A DNA stretch of 64,000 bases from a virus (IMGVR_UViG_3300043773_002546:96001-160000), one strand, 5' to 3'. Counted from the first letter of the stretch, positions 7,516 through 18,446 are shown. Notes: generated by a model not told the origin, from the letters alone. Numbers and translations: made by a program.

Positions 7516-9354
7516 ATGCCATTTAAGTCTGAAAAGCAGCGCAGGTTTCTCTGGGCCGAGCACCCCGAAATCGCCAAGCGCTGGGCCCGCAAGTACCCCG
7601 AGAGCAACAAAGGTCTGCCTATGTACGCCGAGAGTCCTGATAGCAAAGAAAAAGCGGCAGCCTTGGCGGTACTTGGCGGCGCCCTGGCAAAACACGCTGT
7701 TACGTTAACAACGAACCCAGCATCATATGAATCTGTGATAAACGACGACGGAACTATCAAGAAATCTAATGATGGCCTGGTTCGCGTCGAGCTCCCGAAG
7801 ACCGAGGGACCCACTTACGCCGGGCAAGAACAGGAAGCAGGCAAGGAAACCAGCTGCAAAAAGGATCTGGCGCCCAATAGCGAGAAAGTCCTGGATCTTA
7901 ACAATCCCGTGGCGGCCAAGCTCGCCACCGTGCTCTCGCACGCCCTGCGCGAAAAGCTCGAGCGGGAAAACGCGCTGGTCGAGGGACGCGATCCGCTTCA
8001 TGTCCCGCGTAACATGGGCATTAAGAGGTATGCCGTTGCCCCGCAGTTACACCAACTTCCCATGGGAATGCAGCCCCAAGCGCCCGCTCCGGCGCAAAAC
8101 CAGCCCAGCAATGGTCCGGTCGGCGGCGGTAATAATCCCCAGGCAAATCCGATTCAGGCGTTCGGCCCCTTAAGCGCGTCCGGCCAACTTAATGGCAACG
8201 CAGCGTTCGGCGTCAAGAACTCGCCGGACAGCTCCAAGACGTCTGCGTTTAATCCGCTGCCTGCGCTGCAAAAAGGCGTGGCGCGCTACGGCGAATTACT
8301 GACGGGTTCAAAGATTCCTCAGCTGGCGGCTAAATCTCGCCTGTCAGCTGATCATCTGGGCTCATTGGCTGGGCAATCGCCGTGGAACATGATCACCAGC
8401 CGCGCGCGACAGGCGCTGGCCGATGTGGGCGTTAACGCCGCGCAGCAAACCGTGCACGGCGCTGTCGATCTGGCAAAAGAAAAGGCGCTGTCCCGAGCCA
8501 CGCAACTGGGTACTGGCGCAGCTGGACTGGCTGGCGCTGGCTTGCTGGCGCATAGAGCCATGAACGCCAAACAAGCGGCCGAGAGCGGCGCCTGGACTCG
8601 CGCCGAAGGCAAGAACCCCGACGGCGGCCTGAACGCCAAGGGTCGGGCGAGTCTCAAAGCCCAGGGGCACGACATCAAAGCGCCAGTCACAGAGAGTAAT
8701 CCCAGTGGCGAGCGGGCGCAGCGGCAGAACTCGTTCTGCTCGCGCATGTGCGGCATGAAGAAGCACGAGACGGGCGCCAAGACTAAATCAGACCCAGACT
8801 CGCGCATTAACAAGTCGCTGCGCAAGTGGAACTGCAAATGCTCGAGCGCCTACGAGTTTGGCGCGCTGGCGTCGCGAGTTGCGCTCAATGATATCAATGA
8901 GAAATCGGCGGCCCGGGGCGACATGTTTCAGAAGATGATTAACTCTGGCGCCCTGAACTTCGTTTCGGGGCTCAGCGGGCGCACTCCAGGGCGCGCGACA
9001 GCAGGCATGGGCACAGCTGGCATGTCGCACGCCGGAAACCAAGCCAAGATCGTCGCTGATTTCATGCGGCGTGCTCGCGGCATGGTCCGCCCAGCGCAGC
9101 CTGCTGCTGCTGCGGCGCTGCCCGTGGCGGCCGCCAGTCAAGCCGCCAGCCGCGTGAGCCCGGATCTTTTGGCGGGTCTCAAGCAATTTGGCGCGAACAT
9201 CCGCAAGTCCAACCGCGGCAAGTATCTGGAAGGCGTCATGGACCTCCCAATCATGAGCCCCAGAGTGCGCGAGCTATTTCACGGGGCGCCGCCGTCTGCG
9301 CCGTTTGGTGCGCTGCCTTCTTTGGCGGCCACGCTACGGGGTCTGCAGCCGTGA
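7516..9354 (+). CDS. modular putative internal virion (poly)protein
   Basis: N-terminal MPFKSEKQRRFLWAEHPEIAKRW module; WTRAEGKNPDGGLNAKGRAS...SFCSRM...RINKSLRKWNC module (DUF6321-like, from memory); several K-x-A boundaries. Confidence 0.8.
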   Translation: MPFKSEKQRRFLWAEHPEIAKRWARKYPESNKGLPMYAESPDSKEKAAALAVLGGALAKHAVTLTTNPASYESVINDDGTIKKSNDGLVRVELPKTEGPTYAGQEQEAGKETSCKKDLAPNSEKVLDLNNPVAAKLATVLSHALREKLERENALVEGRDPLHVPRNMGIKRYAVAPQLHQLPMGMQPQAPAPAQNQPSNGPVGGGNNPQANPIQAFGPLSASGQLNGNAAFGVKNSPDSSKTSAFNPLPALQKGVARYGELLTGSKIPQLAAKSRLSADHLGSLAGQSPWNMITSRARQALADVGVNAAQQTVHGAVDLAKEKALSRATQLGTGAAGLAGAGLLAHRAMNAKQAAESGAWTRAEGKNPDGGLNAKGRASLKAQGHDIKAPVTESNPSGERAQRQNSFCSRMCGMKKHETGAKTKSDPDSRINKSLRKWNCKCSSAYEFGALASRVALNDINEKSAARGDMFQKMINSGALNFVSGLSGRTPGRATAGMGTAGMSHAGNQAKIVADFMRRARGMVRPAQPAAAAALPVAAASQAASRVSPDLLAGLKQFGANIRKSNRGKYLEGVMDLPIMSPRVRELFHGAPPSAPFGALPSLAATLRGLQP

Positions 9355-9482
9355 GCCGCGTGCAGCTCTTAACCGTCCTAATCTTGTTTGTGGTTTTGAC
9401 ACTGGTGGGCTGTAACGTGGCGCGCGGCGCATTAGGTGGTTTGTTAACATTTTGCCACAATAAGTCCGGTTCTGCTTTATAG
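9351..9482 (+). CDS. 43-aa lipoprotein-like peptide, entericidin-like (not in ORF track)
   Basis: GTGA overlap; hydrophobic core then LVG-C NVARG lipobox. Confidence 0.45.
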   Translation: MSRVQLLTVLILFVVLTLVGCNVARGALGGLLTFCHNKSGSAL

Positions 9483-9549
9483 CGAGGCGCCGATATGCGT
9501 TGACCGGGGGACACACGCTTTTGATGCGCATGTGCGCAGGGAGGCAGTC

Positions 9550-10374
9550 ATGAACAAGCTTATTTCTTGGTTAGTGACTTTTTTTCTCTTTCTTTTTGCC
9601 AGTCTGGCCGCCGCAGGCACACGCGACCCCAACACGCCCGACGCCCAGTATCTCGAGTTTGGTAAGAAGTTTCCGTTTGTCGTGCGCATCTGCACGCACA
9701 GTGAGCACACCGACGCGCAGGGCAATAAATACACCGAGCACGCCTGCGCCAGCGCGGTTGTGATCCGGCCGCACTGGGTACTGACCGCGGCGCATGTCTT
9801 CTCAGACGCTGAACGAGCCACAGTCAGGACCGAAGACGGCACGAAGTTTCCCCTGGTCAAACTGATTCCGCACAAAGACTACAAGCCGGAAAGCGTCGGC
9901 TGGCACGATATCGCGCTGGGCCGGACTGCGGCGCCCATTGAGCTGGAGTTCTATCCCAAGCTCTACACGAAGACCGACGAGCTGAATCAGGCCTGCACGT
10001 TTGCGGGCTGGGGCCTGGCAGGGACGTTTCATACCGGCGGCACGCACAGCGATAACAAGCGCCGGGCGGGACACAACAAGATCGATAGTCTGTCAGACGC
10101 GGTGCTATTATGCACGCCTAGCCGGGGCGCGGAGCGCTTTCCGCTGGAGTTTATGATTACGCCGGGAGACTCTGGCGGCGGCATGTTTCTGGGCAACGAG
10201 CTAGCGGGCATTAACTCGTTTCTTTTGGCCAGCGACGGCAAGCCAAACGGGACCTACACGGACGAAACGGCGTTTACGCGTGTGAGTCTATACGCGGATT
10301 GGGTAGAATCTCAGATCGAGAAGTACGAACTCGCGCTTCAAGCCCGCGCCACCGAGGGCGCACAGCTCGAGTAG
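9550..10374 (+). CDS. secreted trypsin-like serine protease (S1)
   Basis: Signal peptide; catalytic motifs VLTAAH, DIAL, GDSGGG. Confidence 0.92.
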   Translation: MNKLISWLVTFFLFLFASLAAAGTRDPNTPDAQYLEFGKKFPFVVRICTHSEHTDAQGNKYTEHACASAVVIRPHWVLTAAHVFSDAERATVRTEDGTKFPLVKLIPHKDYKPESVGWHDIALGRTAAPIELEFYPKLYTKTDELNQACTFAGWGLAGTFHTGGTHSDNKRRAGHNKIDSLSDAVLLCTPSRGAERFPLEFMITPGDSGGGMFLGNELAGINSFLLASDGKPNGTYTDETAFTRVSLYADWVESQIEKYELALQARATEGAQLE

Positions 10375-10387
10375 CAGGACGCCCCGT

Positions 10388-10483
10388 ATGAAATCCATCA
10401 ACGCGTTTCTATTCACGATGATCGTCATGGCCACGGTGTTGGCAACGGGGCTCACGTGGTTTCTGTTGTATTTGCGGGGTTGA
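10388..10483 (+). CDS. 31-aa single-TM peptide (not in ORF track)
   Basis: MKSINAFLFTMIVMATVLATGLTWFLLYLRG*, fills the gap exactly between neighbours. Confidence 0.5.
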   Translation: MKSINAFLFTMIVMATVLATGLTWFLLYLRG

Positions 10484-12430
10484 GTGCGCATGCTTGATCC
10501 CATTCCCGCCTACTACGCGCAGAAGTTTGCGGCCGCGCAAAACGCCGACGTCAGTCTGCGCTTTCAGCCCGACTACACCCCAGAGCAGCTCGAGCGCCTG
10601 GGCGTGTACGACGCGCTGTACCGCGGTAAGAGCCCCAGACTCGCCAGCCTGGGCGAATGGAAGCCCGAATGGATCTCTGAGCATGATCCCAAGGGCTGGG
10701 CGCAGTGGTACAAGCGCTACGCCGCTGGCCGCCGAATCGAGGGCGAAGACGACCGGCAGATGAAGCGCTGGCTGAGCTTTAAATCACGCCACGGCGGGCC
10801 GTTTAGCAAGAACCCCACGCCGAGACGGGGCTGGGCGCTGCGCAACTGGGGCATTGATCCCAGCAAGCTGGTGCCAGACCGGGCGCAAGAGATCAACGAG
10901 CTGCTAGACGAGCATCAACGCAAGGCTATGCAAAAATACGTGCAGGAGAAAGTCAGCGAGCTCCTGCCCGAGATTCAGCTCCAAGAGCATCAGCAGCGCG
11001 TGGCTGATCGCGTAGCCGACGAAGACCCGCGCCTGCTGGTCTATCACGGCCTGGGCTCTGGTAAGTCTCTTTCAGCGCTCGCTGCTGCCGAAATGGCACG
11101 CAGAAATTCCGGGAGCCAATATGGCATAGTCGTTCCTGCAAGTTTGCGGGGCAACTTCCAGAAAGAAGTTAAGAAGTTCACCCGAAACTCCAATCCGGAG
11201 ATCATGAGTTACACGGGCTTAGCGCTCGGCAAGCGCTTTCAGCAGCCGCCAGAGACCGTGGTCATGGACGAGGCGCAAAGATTACGTAATCCTGGCGCCG
11301 CAGCAACGCAGGGAGCTGAGGAAATCGCGCGCCAGGCCAAACGGCTCGTGCTGCTGTCGGGCACGCCCATTACCAACTCGCCGACAGACCTCGCCTCATT
11401 GATGTCATTGCTCGATAACAAACCGATGTCGCCGCAGGACTTTGAGAAGCGCTACATTGGCTACAAGAAAAAGTTTCCCGGGTTTGTTAACTGGCTGCGC
11501 GGCGCCGAATGGGGCGAAGAGCCGTATGTCAAAAACGAGAAAGAGCTCCGCGAGAGACTCAAGGGCAAAGTTGACTATCAGCCCAGCAAGACTCCCCAGG
11601 GCGTGACTGTCAACGAAGAGACGGTGAAAGTTCCGCTGAGTTCTGAGCAAAGTAAAATTCAAAAAGCCATTCGCACGCAGATTCCGCCCGGCTTTCTCTG
11701 GAAACTAGATAAAGAGTTTCCGCTGTCGCGCGATGAGCTCAAGAAACTGAATTCTTTTCTTACGGGCCTGCGCCAAGTTTCGCTGTCCACGCAGCCGTTT
11801 CGCGTGGACAAAGATCCGCTCAAAGCTTTTGATCAGTCCAGCAAGCTTCGCGAGGCTATGAAGCGCCTGCGCGAAAACCTGGACGCGGATCCCCGTAAAA
11901 AAGCCATCATCTACTCGAACTTTATAGATTCGGGAATTCAGCCCTACGCCAAAGCCCTCGAGCGCGACAAGATTCCCTATGGCATCTTTCACGGCGGCGT
12001 GCCCGTCAAGGCCCGCCAAGAGGCCCTCAAGCAGTACAACGAGGGCAAGCTCCGCGCGCTCTTGCTGGGGCCCGCCGCCGCCGAGGGCATCTCCACGAAG
12101 GGTACGAGTTTAATTCAGCTCTTGGATCCCTACTGGCACGAGTCCCGAACGCAGCAGGCCCGCGGGCGTGGTTTGCGGTTTGATAGTCACGCGGGGCTGC
12201 CTGAAGAGCTCAAGAACGTTGCCGTGCAGCGCTTTCTCTCGGCTAGCGAGGAACCGGGCGTATTTAGCAAGTACGTGCTGGGCAAGCGCCGTCAGCGGAC
12301 CGGAGACGAAGTGTTGCAGCACCTCTCCAACGACAAAGAAAAGCTTAACGAGGCGTTCCGTAAGATTTTGCGCGAAGTTGGCTCAGAAAAACACAAGCCA
12401 ACGCCTGACGAAGAAAACACACCTCATTGA
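10484..12430 (+). CDS. SNF2/SF2 helicase-like ATPase with extra N-terminal domain
   Basis: HGLGSGKS (motif I), VPASL (Ia), MDEAQ (II), SGTP (III), QARGRGLRFDSH (VI); N-domain DPKGWAQWYKRY..DDRQMKRW. Confidence 0.9.
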   Translation: MRMLDPIPAYYAQKFAAAQNADVSLRFQPDYTPEQLERLGVYDALYRGKSPRLASLGEWKPEWISEHDPKGWAQWYKRYAAGRRIEGEDDRQMKRWLSFKSRHGGPFSKNPTPRRGWALRNWGIDPSKLVPDRAQEINELLDEHQRKAMQKYVQEKVSELLPEIQLQEHQQRVADRVADEDPRLLVYHGLGSGKSLSALAAAEMARRNSGSQYGIVVPASLRGNFQKEVKKFTRNSNPEIMSYTGLALGKRFQQPPETVVMDEAQRLRNPGAAATQGAEEIARQAKRLVLLSGTPITNSPTDLASLMSLLDNKPMSPQDFEKRYIGYKKKFPGFVNWLRGAEWGEEPYVKNEKELRERLKGKVDYQPSKTPQGVTVNEETVKVPLSSEQSKIQKAIRTQIPPGFLWKLDKEFPLSRDELKKLNSFLTGLRQVSLSTQPFRVDKDPLKAFDQSSKLREAMKRLRENLDADPRKKAIIYSNFIDSGIQPYAKALERDKIPYGIFHGGVPVKARQEALKQYNEGKLRALLLGPAAAEGISTKGTSLIQLLDPYWHESRTQQARGRGLRFDSHAGLPEELKNVAVQRFLSASEEPGVFSKYVLGKRRQRTGDEVLQHLSNDKEKLNEAFRKILREVGSEKHKPTPDEENTPH

Positions 12431-12440
12431 TATCAATGAG
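12423..12440. promoter_or_regulatory. 18-bp perfect palindrome CTCATTGATATCAATGAG, best copy of the recurrent TTGATATCAA motif
   Basis: Read directly; core copies also at 4908, 15260, 17591, 29661, 38417, 61973. Confidence 0.7.
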
Positions 12441-12528
12441 TTTTGCAGCCGTTTGCGCTACAATACGCTAAATGCGTACGCTAACAGCAAACGGCGCGTT
12501 GTTAATTTAATCGCGAGGTACAGCTCCT

Positions 12529-15500
12529 ATGCCCACGCCGATCACCCGCATCTTTCGTTTGATTCGTTTGCTTCGCGTCCGGCGTGACGCTGCCAATAGC
12601 ACCGATGGCGCGCCGACGAATCTGCGCCCCGGTGAGCTGGCGTTTGGCGACACGGAAAGCACGCTGTACCTCGGCAAGACCGACGGAACAGTGGCCGCGT
12701 TTGGCGAAGGCGGCGGTGGCGGCTCTGGCGCCACGGGGCCTACTGGCCCAGTGGGCACCAACGGCGCGACCGGGCCTACTGGCCCTCAAGCCGAGACGGG
12801 CGCAACTGGCGCGACCGGCCCTCAAGGCGAGACGGGTTCAATTGGCGCGACCGGACCCCAAGGCGAGACGGGTTCAATTGGCGCGACTGGACCCCAGGGC
12901 GAAACTGGTTTAACTGGCCCGGCGGGTTCCAGCGTGTACACCTGGCGCGGCGAGTGGGACAACACGACAAGCTATAACGCGAACGACGTCGTGTCTTACA
13001 ACGGCGCGAGCTACATCGCGACGACGTCCGCGAGTTCAGGCAGCGGCGACCCGGTGACGAACACAAGCGCCTGGCAGCTGCTGGCACAAGCGGGCGCTAC
13101 CGGCCCCAACGGCGCCACGGGCACGAGCTTTACGTGGCGCGGCGAATGGAGCTCAAGCGCCGAGTACTACGTTAACGACGTGGTGTACTACGGCGGCAGC
13201 GCCTGGATTGCGACGACCACGACGTCGAATCAGACTCCGGCTAACGTGCCCGGAGCTTCTTGGGCGCTGATGACGCAAACCACGGGCGACACCGGGCCGA
13301 CTGGTCCGACGGGCGAAACTGGTCCCACGGGCCCGACGAGCCTGGTCTGGCGCGGCGAGTGGAACAGCGGCACGCCGTACTATGCCAACGACGTGGTGTT
13401 TTATTCCGGCGCGTCGTATGTCGCCACAGACTACAACACGAGTTCCGCGCCGACGAGCGGCATGTACTGGAACGTGCTCGTGCAGACCAGCGGCGACACG
13501 GGACCGACGGGCGAAACCGGTCCGACAGGCGCAGGCTCGAACATGGTCGAAGCAGGCGCGGGCACTGGCAGTCTTGTCGGCCTGCCGTCGGCCAATAGCA
13601 ACAGCGCCAACGGAAATTACAGCGCCGTAGGCGGCGGTGCGAGCAACACAGCTGCAGTTAGTTATTCTGCTGTTTTTGGTGGCAGCGCTAACGTGGCCTC
13701 CGGCGACACGCACGCTGCTGTGTTTGCTGGTCAGTGGAACGCGGCGTTAGGTCCGGCTGCCGCGATTTGCGCTGGGTTTTCCAACACCGCCAGCGGTTCG
13801 TATAGCTTTATCGGCGCCGGGCAGTCTAACGTCGTCGACGGTAAATGGGGCGTCATCGGCGGCGGTTCGAGCAACAACGCGGGCGGCGGCATCGACAGTT
13901 GGAGCGCCACGGTTGGCGGCGGCAAGTTCAACACCGCGAGTAATACCTACAGCACGGTCAGTGGCGGCTATGGCAACGCCGCCAACGGGCAATACAGCGC
14001 CGTCAGCGGCGGCTTGCTCAATGCCGCCAGCGGTACGGCTAGCGCCGTCGGCGGCGGCCAGCGCAACACCGCCAGCGCCTACTACAGCGCCACGGTTGGC
14101 GGCGGCTATGGCAACACCGCTCTCGGCAACTACAGCGCCGTCGGCGGCGGCAAGAGCAACGCCGCCAACGGAAATTACAGCGCCGTGGGCGGCGGCTTTC
14201 AAAACGTCACCAGTAATTCCGCCTACAACACCGTGGGCGGTGGCGCAATCAACAACGCTACTGCGGAGGGCAGCACCGTAGCGGGCGGAGGATGGTACGA
14301 CTCCGACACAGCCGAGATCGTAGGCAACACAGCCGGTGGGGCCATCAGCAGCGTCGGCGGCGGCGCGCGCAATTTTGCACTGGGCCTGGCCAGCACTGTG
14401 AGCGGCGGCACGCGCAACACCGCCAGCGGCGACTACACTACCATCAGCGGCGGTAAGCTGAACGCGGCCTCGGGCACCGGCGCCACGGTCGCGGGCGGTG
14501 GTCGGTTTAATGCGAGCGGCCCTAATCCCGAAGGCAACACGGCTGCTGGCAATTACAGCTTTGTGGGCGGCGGCATCGGCAACATCGCCCACAACCCCTA
14601 CAGCACCGTGGGCGGGGGATACAAAAACGAAGCTGTGGGCGAGGAATCCACGGTATCTGGCGGCAGGTACAACGACGCAGGCGCGACGCAGAGCACTATA
14701 GCGGGCGGAGAAAGTAACGGGGCTAACGCCTATTGCAGTTCCGTGGGCGGCGGAAGTCAAAATTATGCTAATGGTTATTGTTCCGTCATCGGCGGCGGTA
14801 TCTTGAACAACGCTGGCGGCGACCACACCACCGTCGGCGGTGGCTACCAAAACACCGCCAGCGGCAATCGAAGCACTGTCGGCGGTGGCTCCCAAAACAC
14901 CGCCACCGGCCAATCCGCCACGGTTGGCGGCGGCTATAAAAACACCGCCAGCGGCTACTACAGCGCCGTCAGTGGCGGTCGGCAAAACACCGCCAGCGCC
15001 TACTACAGCGCCGTGGGCGGCGGCTATAAAAACACCGCCACCGCCCGCTATAGTTTCGCCAGCGGCAGCTATTCCGCCGTCGCGCACTATAGCGCGCAGG
15101 CGCACGCCGCGGGCCGTTTCGCGAGCTCTGGTGACGCGCAAAAACTCACGCTCGTAGCGCGCTGCGAAACTACCGACGCCACGGCAAATCAGGTGCTGTA
15201 TCTAGACGGCGCTGACGCAACCGCGCGGTTGGTGCTCCCCGCTAATACGACCTGGGTATTTGATATCAAACTCAGCGCAAGCAACGTCACGGACGGCGCT
15301 GGAGCGGGCTGGCACATTCGCGGTGTGATTCGGCGAAATGCCTCCAACAGCACCGTGCTTGTGGGCAGCAATATCGTCGAAGGTTGGACGGAGTCGGCTA
15401 TGAGCGGTGCGGCAGTAAGCGCTGTGGCTGACAATACAAACGAGGCGCTTGAGCTGCGCGTCACGGGTTTAGCCAGCAAAACAATTCGTTGGGTTGCCGT

Positions 15501-15537
15501 CGTTGAAGTAGCGCAGGTTTCGTTTGATCCGGCGTAA
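12529..15537 (+). CDS. tail fibre/adhesin: Mtd-N-like head, collagen repeats, three WRGEW carbohydrate-binding-like repeats, GGxxNxA repeats, C-terminal domain
   Basis: [15 protein letters not shown]; (GxT/GPQ)n; WRGEWxxxxxYxxNDVVxYxG x3; about 20 S/V-GGGxxNTA repeats. Confidence 0.85.
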   Translation: MPTPITRIFRLIRLLRVRRDAANSTDGAPTNLRPGELAFGDTESTLYLGKTDGTVAAFGEGGGGGSGATGPTGPVGTNGATGPTGPQAETGATGATGPQGETGSIGATGPQGETGSIGATGPQGETGLTGPAGSSVYTWRGEWDNTTSYNANDVVSYNGASYIATTSASSGSGDPVTNTSAWQLLAQAGATGPNGATGTSFTWRGEWSSSAEYYVNDVVYYGGSAWIATTTTSNQTPANVPGASWALMTQTTGDTGPTGPTGETGPTGPTSLVWRGEWNSGTPYYANDVVFYSGASYVATDYNTSSAPTSGMYWNVLVQTSGDTGPTGETGPTGAGSNMVEAGAGTGSLVGLPSANSNSANGNYSAVGGGASNTAAVSYSAVFGGSANVASGDTHAAVFAGQWNAALGPAAAICAGFSNTASGSYSFIGAGQSNVVDGKWGVIGGGSSNNAGGGIDSWSATVGGGKFNTASNTYSTVSGGYGNAANGQYSAVSGGLLNAASGTASAVGGGQRNTASAYYSATVGGGYGNTALGNYSAVGGGKSNAANGNYSAVGGGFQNVTSNSAYNTVGGGAINNATAEGSTVAGGGWYDSDTAEIVGNTAGGAISSVGGGARNFALGLASTVSGGTRNTASGDYTTISGGKLNAASGTGATVAGGGRFNASGPNPEGNTAAGNYSFVGGGIGNIAHNPYSTVGGGYKNEAVGEESTVSGGRYNDAGATQSTIAGGESNGANAYCSSVGGGSQNYANGYCSVIGGGILNNAGGDHTTVGGGYQNTASGNRSTVGGGSQNTATGQSATVGGGYKNTASGYYSAVSGGRQNTASAYYSAVGGGYKNTATARYSFASGSYSAVAHYSAQAHAAGRFASSGDAQKLTLVARCETTDATANQVLYLDGADATARLVLPANTTWVFDIKLSASNVTDGAGAGWHIRGVIRRNASNSTVLVGSNIVEGWTESAMSGAAVSAVADNTNEALELRVTGLASKTIRWVAVVEVAQVSFDPA
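12810..12915 (+). repeat. 36-bp tandem repeat x3 (collagen [12 protein letters not shown])
   Basis: ggcgcgaccggccctcaaggcgagacgggttcaatt units. Confidence 0.85.
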
Positions 15538-15584
15538 CGCACGCGCACACAGGCACAGCTACACATTGCAATAGGAGCAGCAGC

Positions 15585-17570
15585 ATGTCGAACGAAATCA
15601 ATTTTGGCGGTAAGACGCTCAAAAACACTGGCCAAGTCGCACTGGGCAAGAACGGCACCGCGAGCTACTACGCCACGGTCAGCGGCGGGAGAAGCAACAC
15701 GGCTCTTGGACAGGGCGTGACAATCAGCGGCGGCCAATACAACCTCGGCACCAGTAGTAGCTATCAAGATGTAATCGGCGGCGGCAGCGGGAATCTATTG
15801 AACGACAGCTACGCCAGCGTAATTGGCGGTGGCATGACAAACACGGTTAGCGCTCAGCACACCGTAGTTGGCGGCGGCTACACCAACACCGCCAGTAATA
15901 ATCAAGCGACGGTCAGCGGCGGCAAATTTAACGCTGCTTCGGGTGTTGCGGCGACGGTCGGCGGCGGGAGAAACAACACCGCCAGCGGCTACACCAGCAC
16001 CGTTAGCGGCGGCGTTCAAAATACCGCTACCGGTCTCTGTAGTGTTATTGGTGGCGGCGGCGGAAGGTTAATTCCGGATACGATTCCGCCGGAGGGCAAC
16101 TTAGTTGGTTCCAGTACCGGGTCGGGCGCGGTTTTTAGCTTGGTTTTTCAATCCAACGGCCCGCCGACTGTAGATGGCCCCGAAACGTGGATTCTTTCCG
16201 AGGCTTCTATCACCGACGGCGGTACGGGCTACAATCAGTACGACTACCTCACTATTTCTCTGGGCGCGCCCACCGACGTCGAACTTAGTCCGGCGAGCGT
16301 AGAAGTGTCCGACGTCGATCCGGAAACCGGCGCAATTCTGTCCGTCTATGTGACCGATGGCGGCTTGTACTATCGCCCGGCCGGTACGTTTACGGCGTTT
16401 GGGCGCAATCATGCCAGCGCCGACCACAGCACCGTCGGCGGCGGCAAGAACAACACCGCCGGAGGTACTTGGTCTGATTGCGCCACAGTTTCTGGCGGCC
16501 AAGACAACACCAGCCTGAACCGCAGCTTTATCGGCGGCGGCTATAGCAACACCGCCTTCGGCGGCTACAACGCTATCGGCGGCGGTAATAATAACGTTTC
16601 TATGGGTAATTGGAGCGCAATCAGTGGTGGAAGTGAGAATACCACTGCTACGAACACGAATCGCGCCGCAATTGGTGGCGGGAGGGGGAACGTCGTCGAC
16701 AGAACCGGCGGCACCGTCAGTGGCGGCTACAGCAACAGCGCGCTGGGGCAGTACGCCGCGGTCGGCGGCGGATCGGGCAACACCGCCATCGGTAATTTCG
16801 TCCCAGCTGTCGGCGCTCCCGCCTACGCCACCATCAGCGGCGGCAAGGAAAACACCGCCAGCGGTTACGGCGGCGTCGTTGGCGGTGGTCGGGAAAACAA
16901 AGCCGCCGGTATTTACGCTACGATCGACGGCGGGAGAAACAACACGGCGAGCGCCAATTACACCACCATCGGCGGCGGCGGTGTAAACACCGCCGCCGGG
17001 GGCCACGATACAGTCAGCGGCGGGCAGCGGAACACCGCCAGCGGCAGCTATAGCGTCATCGGCGGCGGCAGGTTTAACACCGTCAGCGGCCTGTACAGCA
17101 CCGTCAGCGGCGGCCAACGCGCTCTGGCAGACCGCCGCGGCATGCGGGCGTACGGCGCTGGGCAATTTAGCACTACCGGCGACGCGCAGCAGGTTGACTT
17201 TATGCTGCGCAATAGTACGACCAATGCTACGCCCACCACGCTGTTTCTTAACGGAAGCTCCGACCGGTTGACCATTCCGTCTGGCAAGGCGCTTTTTGCC
17301 ACGGTGACCGTAGCAGGCATTATCAACGGCGGCAGCAAAGCGGCGCATTACAGCCGCAAAGTGGCGATTAAGAACGTCGGCGGGACTACTAGCTTGATTG
17401 GCTCCGTGATCACACTTGGCACCGACGTCGAGGACGACGCTGCCTATGACGTCACGATTACTGCCGACAACACCAACGACGCGCTGCAGATCAACGTCAC
17501 GGGCAAAGCTAGCGAAACCATTCGCTGGGTAGCGCACGTCCAGGGCATCGAAATCGCCTACGGTTCATAG
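15585..17570 (+). CDS. second tail fibre/adhesin, paralog of 12529..15537
   Basis: Same GGxxNTA repeats and homologous C-terminal domain (GDAQ...ALxxxVTG.AS.TIRWVA). Confidence 0.85.
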   Translation: MSNEINFGGKTLKNTGQVALGKNGTASYYATVSGGRSNTALGQGVTISGGQYNLGTSSSYQDVIGGGSGNLLNDSYASVIGGGMTNTVSAQHTVVGGGYTNTASNNQATVSGGKFNAASGVAATVGGGRNNTASGYTSTVSGGVQNTATGLCSVIGGGGGRLIPDTIPPEGNLVGSSTGSGAVFSLVFQSNGPPTVDGPETWILSEASITDGGTGYNQYDYLTISLGAPTDVELSPASVEVSDVDPETGAILSVYVTDGGLYYRPAGTFTAFGRNHASADHSTVGGGKNNTAGGTWSDCATVSGGQDNTSLNRSFIGGGYSNTAFGGYNAIGGGNNNVSMGNWSAISGGSENTTATNTNRAAIGGGRGNVVDRTGGTVSGGYSNSALGQYAAVGGGSGNTAIGNFVPAVGAPAYATISGGKENTASGYGGVVGGGRENKAAGIYATIDGGRNNTASANYTTIGGGGVNTAAGGHDTVSGGQRNTASGSYSVIGGGRFNTVSGLYSTVSGGQRALADRRGMRAYGAGQFSTTGDAQQVDFMLRNSTTNATPTTLFLNGSSDRLTIPSGKALFATVTVAGIINGGSKAAHYSRKVAIKNVGGTTSLIGSVITLGTDVEDDAAYDVTITADNTNDALQINVTGKASETIRWVAHVQGIEIAYGS

Positions 17571-17590
17571 CATAGCCAGGCCAGCCCGAT

Positions 17591-17635
17591 TTGATATCAA
17601 ACCCGCCTTGACAGGTTTTTGCGCCGCGCTATTCT
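17591..17635 (+). promoter_or_regulatory. sigma70-like promoter preceded by TTGATATCAA palindrome
   Basis: TTGACA 17608-17613, 16-bp spacer, TATTCT 17630-17635; palindrome 17591-17600. Confidence 0.6.
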
Positions 17636-17642
17636 CGTGAGC

Positions 17643-18446
17643 ATGAAAGCGCATTATTTCATTTCGGGTTTGCCCCGGTCTGGCTCCACGCTTCTGTGCA
17701 ACATCCTGGCGCAGAACCCGCGGTTTTTTGTGTCGCCCGCGACCTCGGGCTGTCACGACGTGCTGTTTAATATCCGGAATCAGTGGGACCGGCTGATCGA
17801 GCACCAGGCCGAAGGTATCAACTACGATCAGCTACGCGGCGTGATGCGCGCTGCGTTGGACGCCTATCACGTCACCGACAAGCCCGTGGTTATCGACAAA
17901 GGCCGCGGCTGGCTAAGTCTTGTCGAGATGCTGGAATTCATCAAAGGCGGGCCTGCCAAGATCATTGTTCCGGTACGGGACATCGCTGAGATTCTGGCCA
18001 GCTTCGAACAGCTCTGGCGAAAGTCCACCGGCATGACGCAGTGGGCTTTCGAGAGCGCGGATTACTTTAAGTCACAAACCATCGAGGGGCGCTGCGAGAT
18101 CTGGGCGGGTATGAGCCAGCCAGTTGGGCTGGCCTACAACCGCGTAAAAGACGCGCTCGCCCGCGGCCACGACAAAAGCATGCTGTTCATGGAAATGGAC
18201 GACCTGACGCGCGATCCCGCGCAGACTATGCGCCGGATCTACGAGTTTCTGGGTGAGCCGTCGTTTGAGCATAACTTTGCGAACGTGCAGCAGGTCACCA
18301 AGGAAGACGACGTCAACGTACATCGCATTCCCGGCCTGCACGCGATTCGGGGCGTTGTGGCGCCAGTGCCCAAGCGCGCATCGGAGATTCTCGGCCCAGA
18401 TTTAGTCCGCAAGTACGCGCATGCAGAGATTTGGCGGCGTTCTTAA
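17643..18446 (+). CDS. sulfotransferase family protein
   Basis: PAPS-binding motif ISGLPRSGSTLL; VRDIAEILAS. Confidence 0.9.
   Translation: MKAHYFISGLPRSGSTLLCNILAQNPRFFVSPATSGCHDVLFNIRNQWDRLIEHQAEGINYDQLRGVMRAALDAYHVTDKPVVIDKGRGWLSLVEMLEFIKGGPAKIIVPVRDIAEILASFEQLWRKSTGMTQWAFESADYFKSQTIEGRCEIWAGMSQPVGLAYNRVKDALARGHDKSMLFMEMDDLTRDPAQTMRRIYEFLGEPSFEHNFANVQQVTKEDDVNVHRIPGLHAIRGVVAPVPKRASEILGPDLVRKYAHAEIWRRS

Noticed and set aside
8911-8925. RGD integrin-binding motif in ARGDM
   Set aside because: Bacterial virus context; the shared junction is reported, but the integrin meaning is coincidental
12529-17570. Regular repeats as a CRISPR array or DGR target
   Set aside because: Repeats are in-frame codon repeats without unique spacers; no cas or reverse transcriptase gene and no adenine-specific TR/VR pair seen
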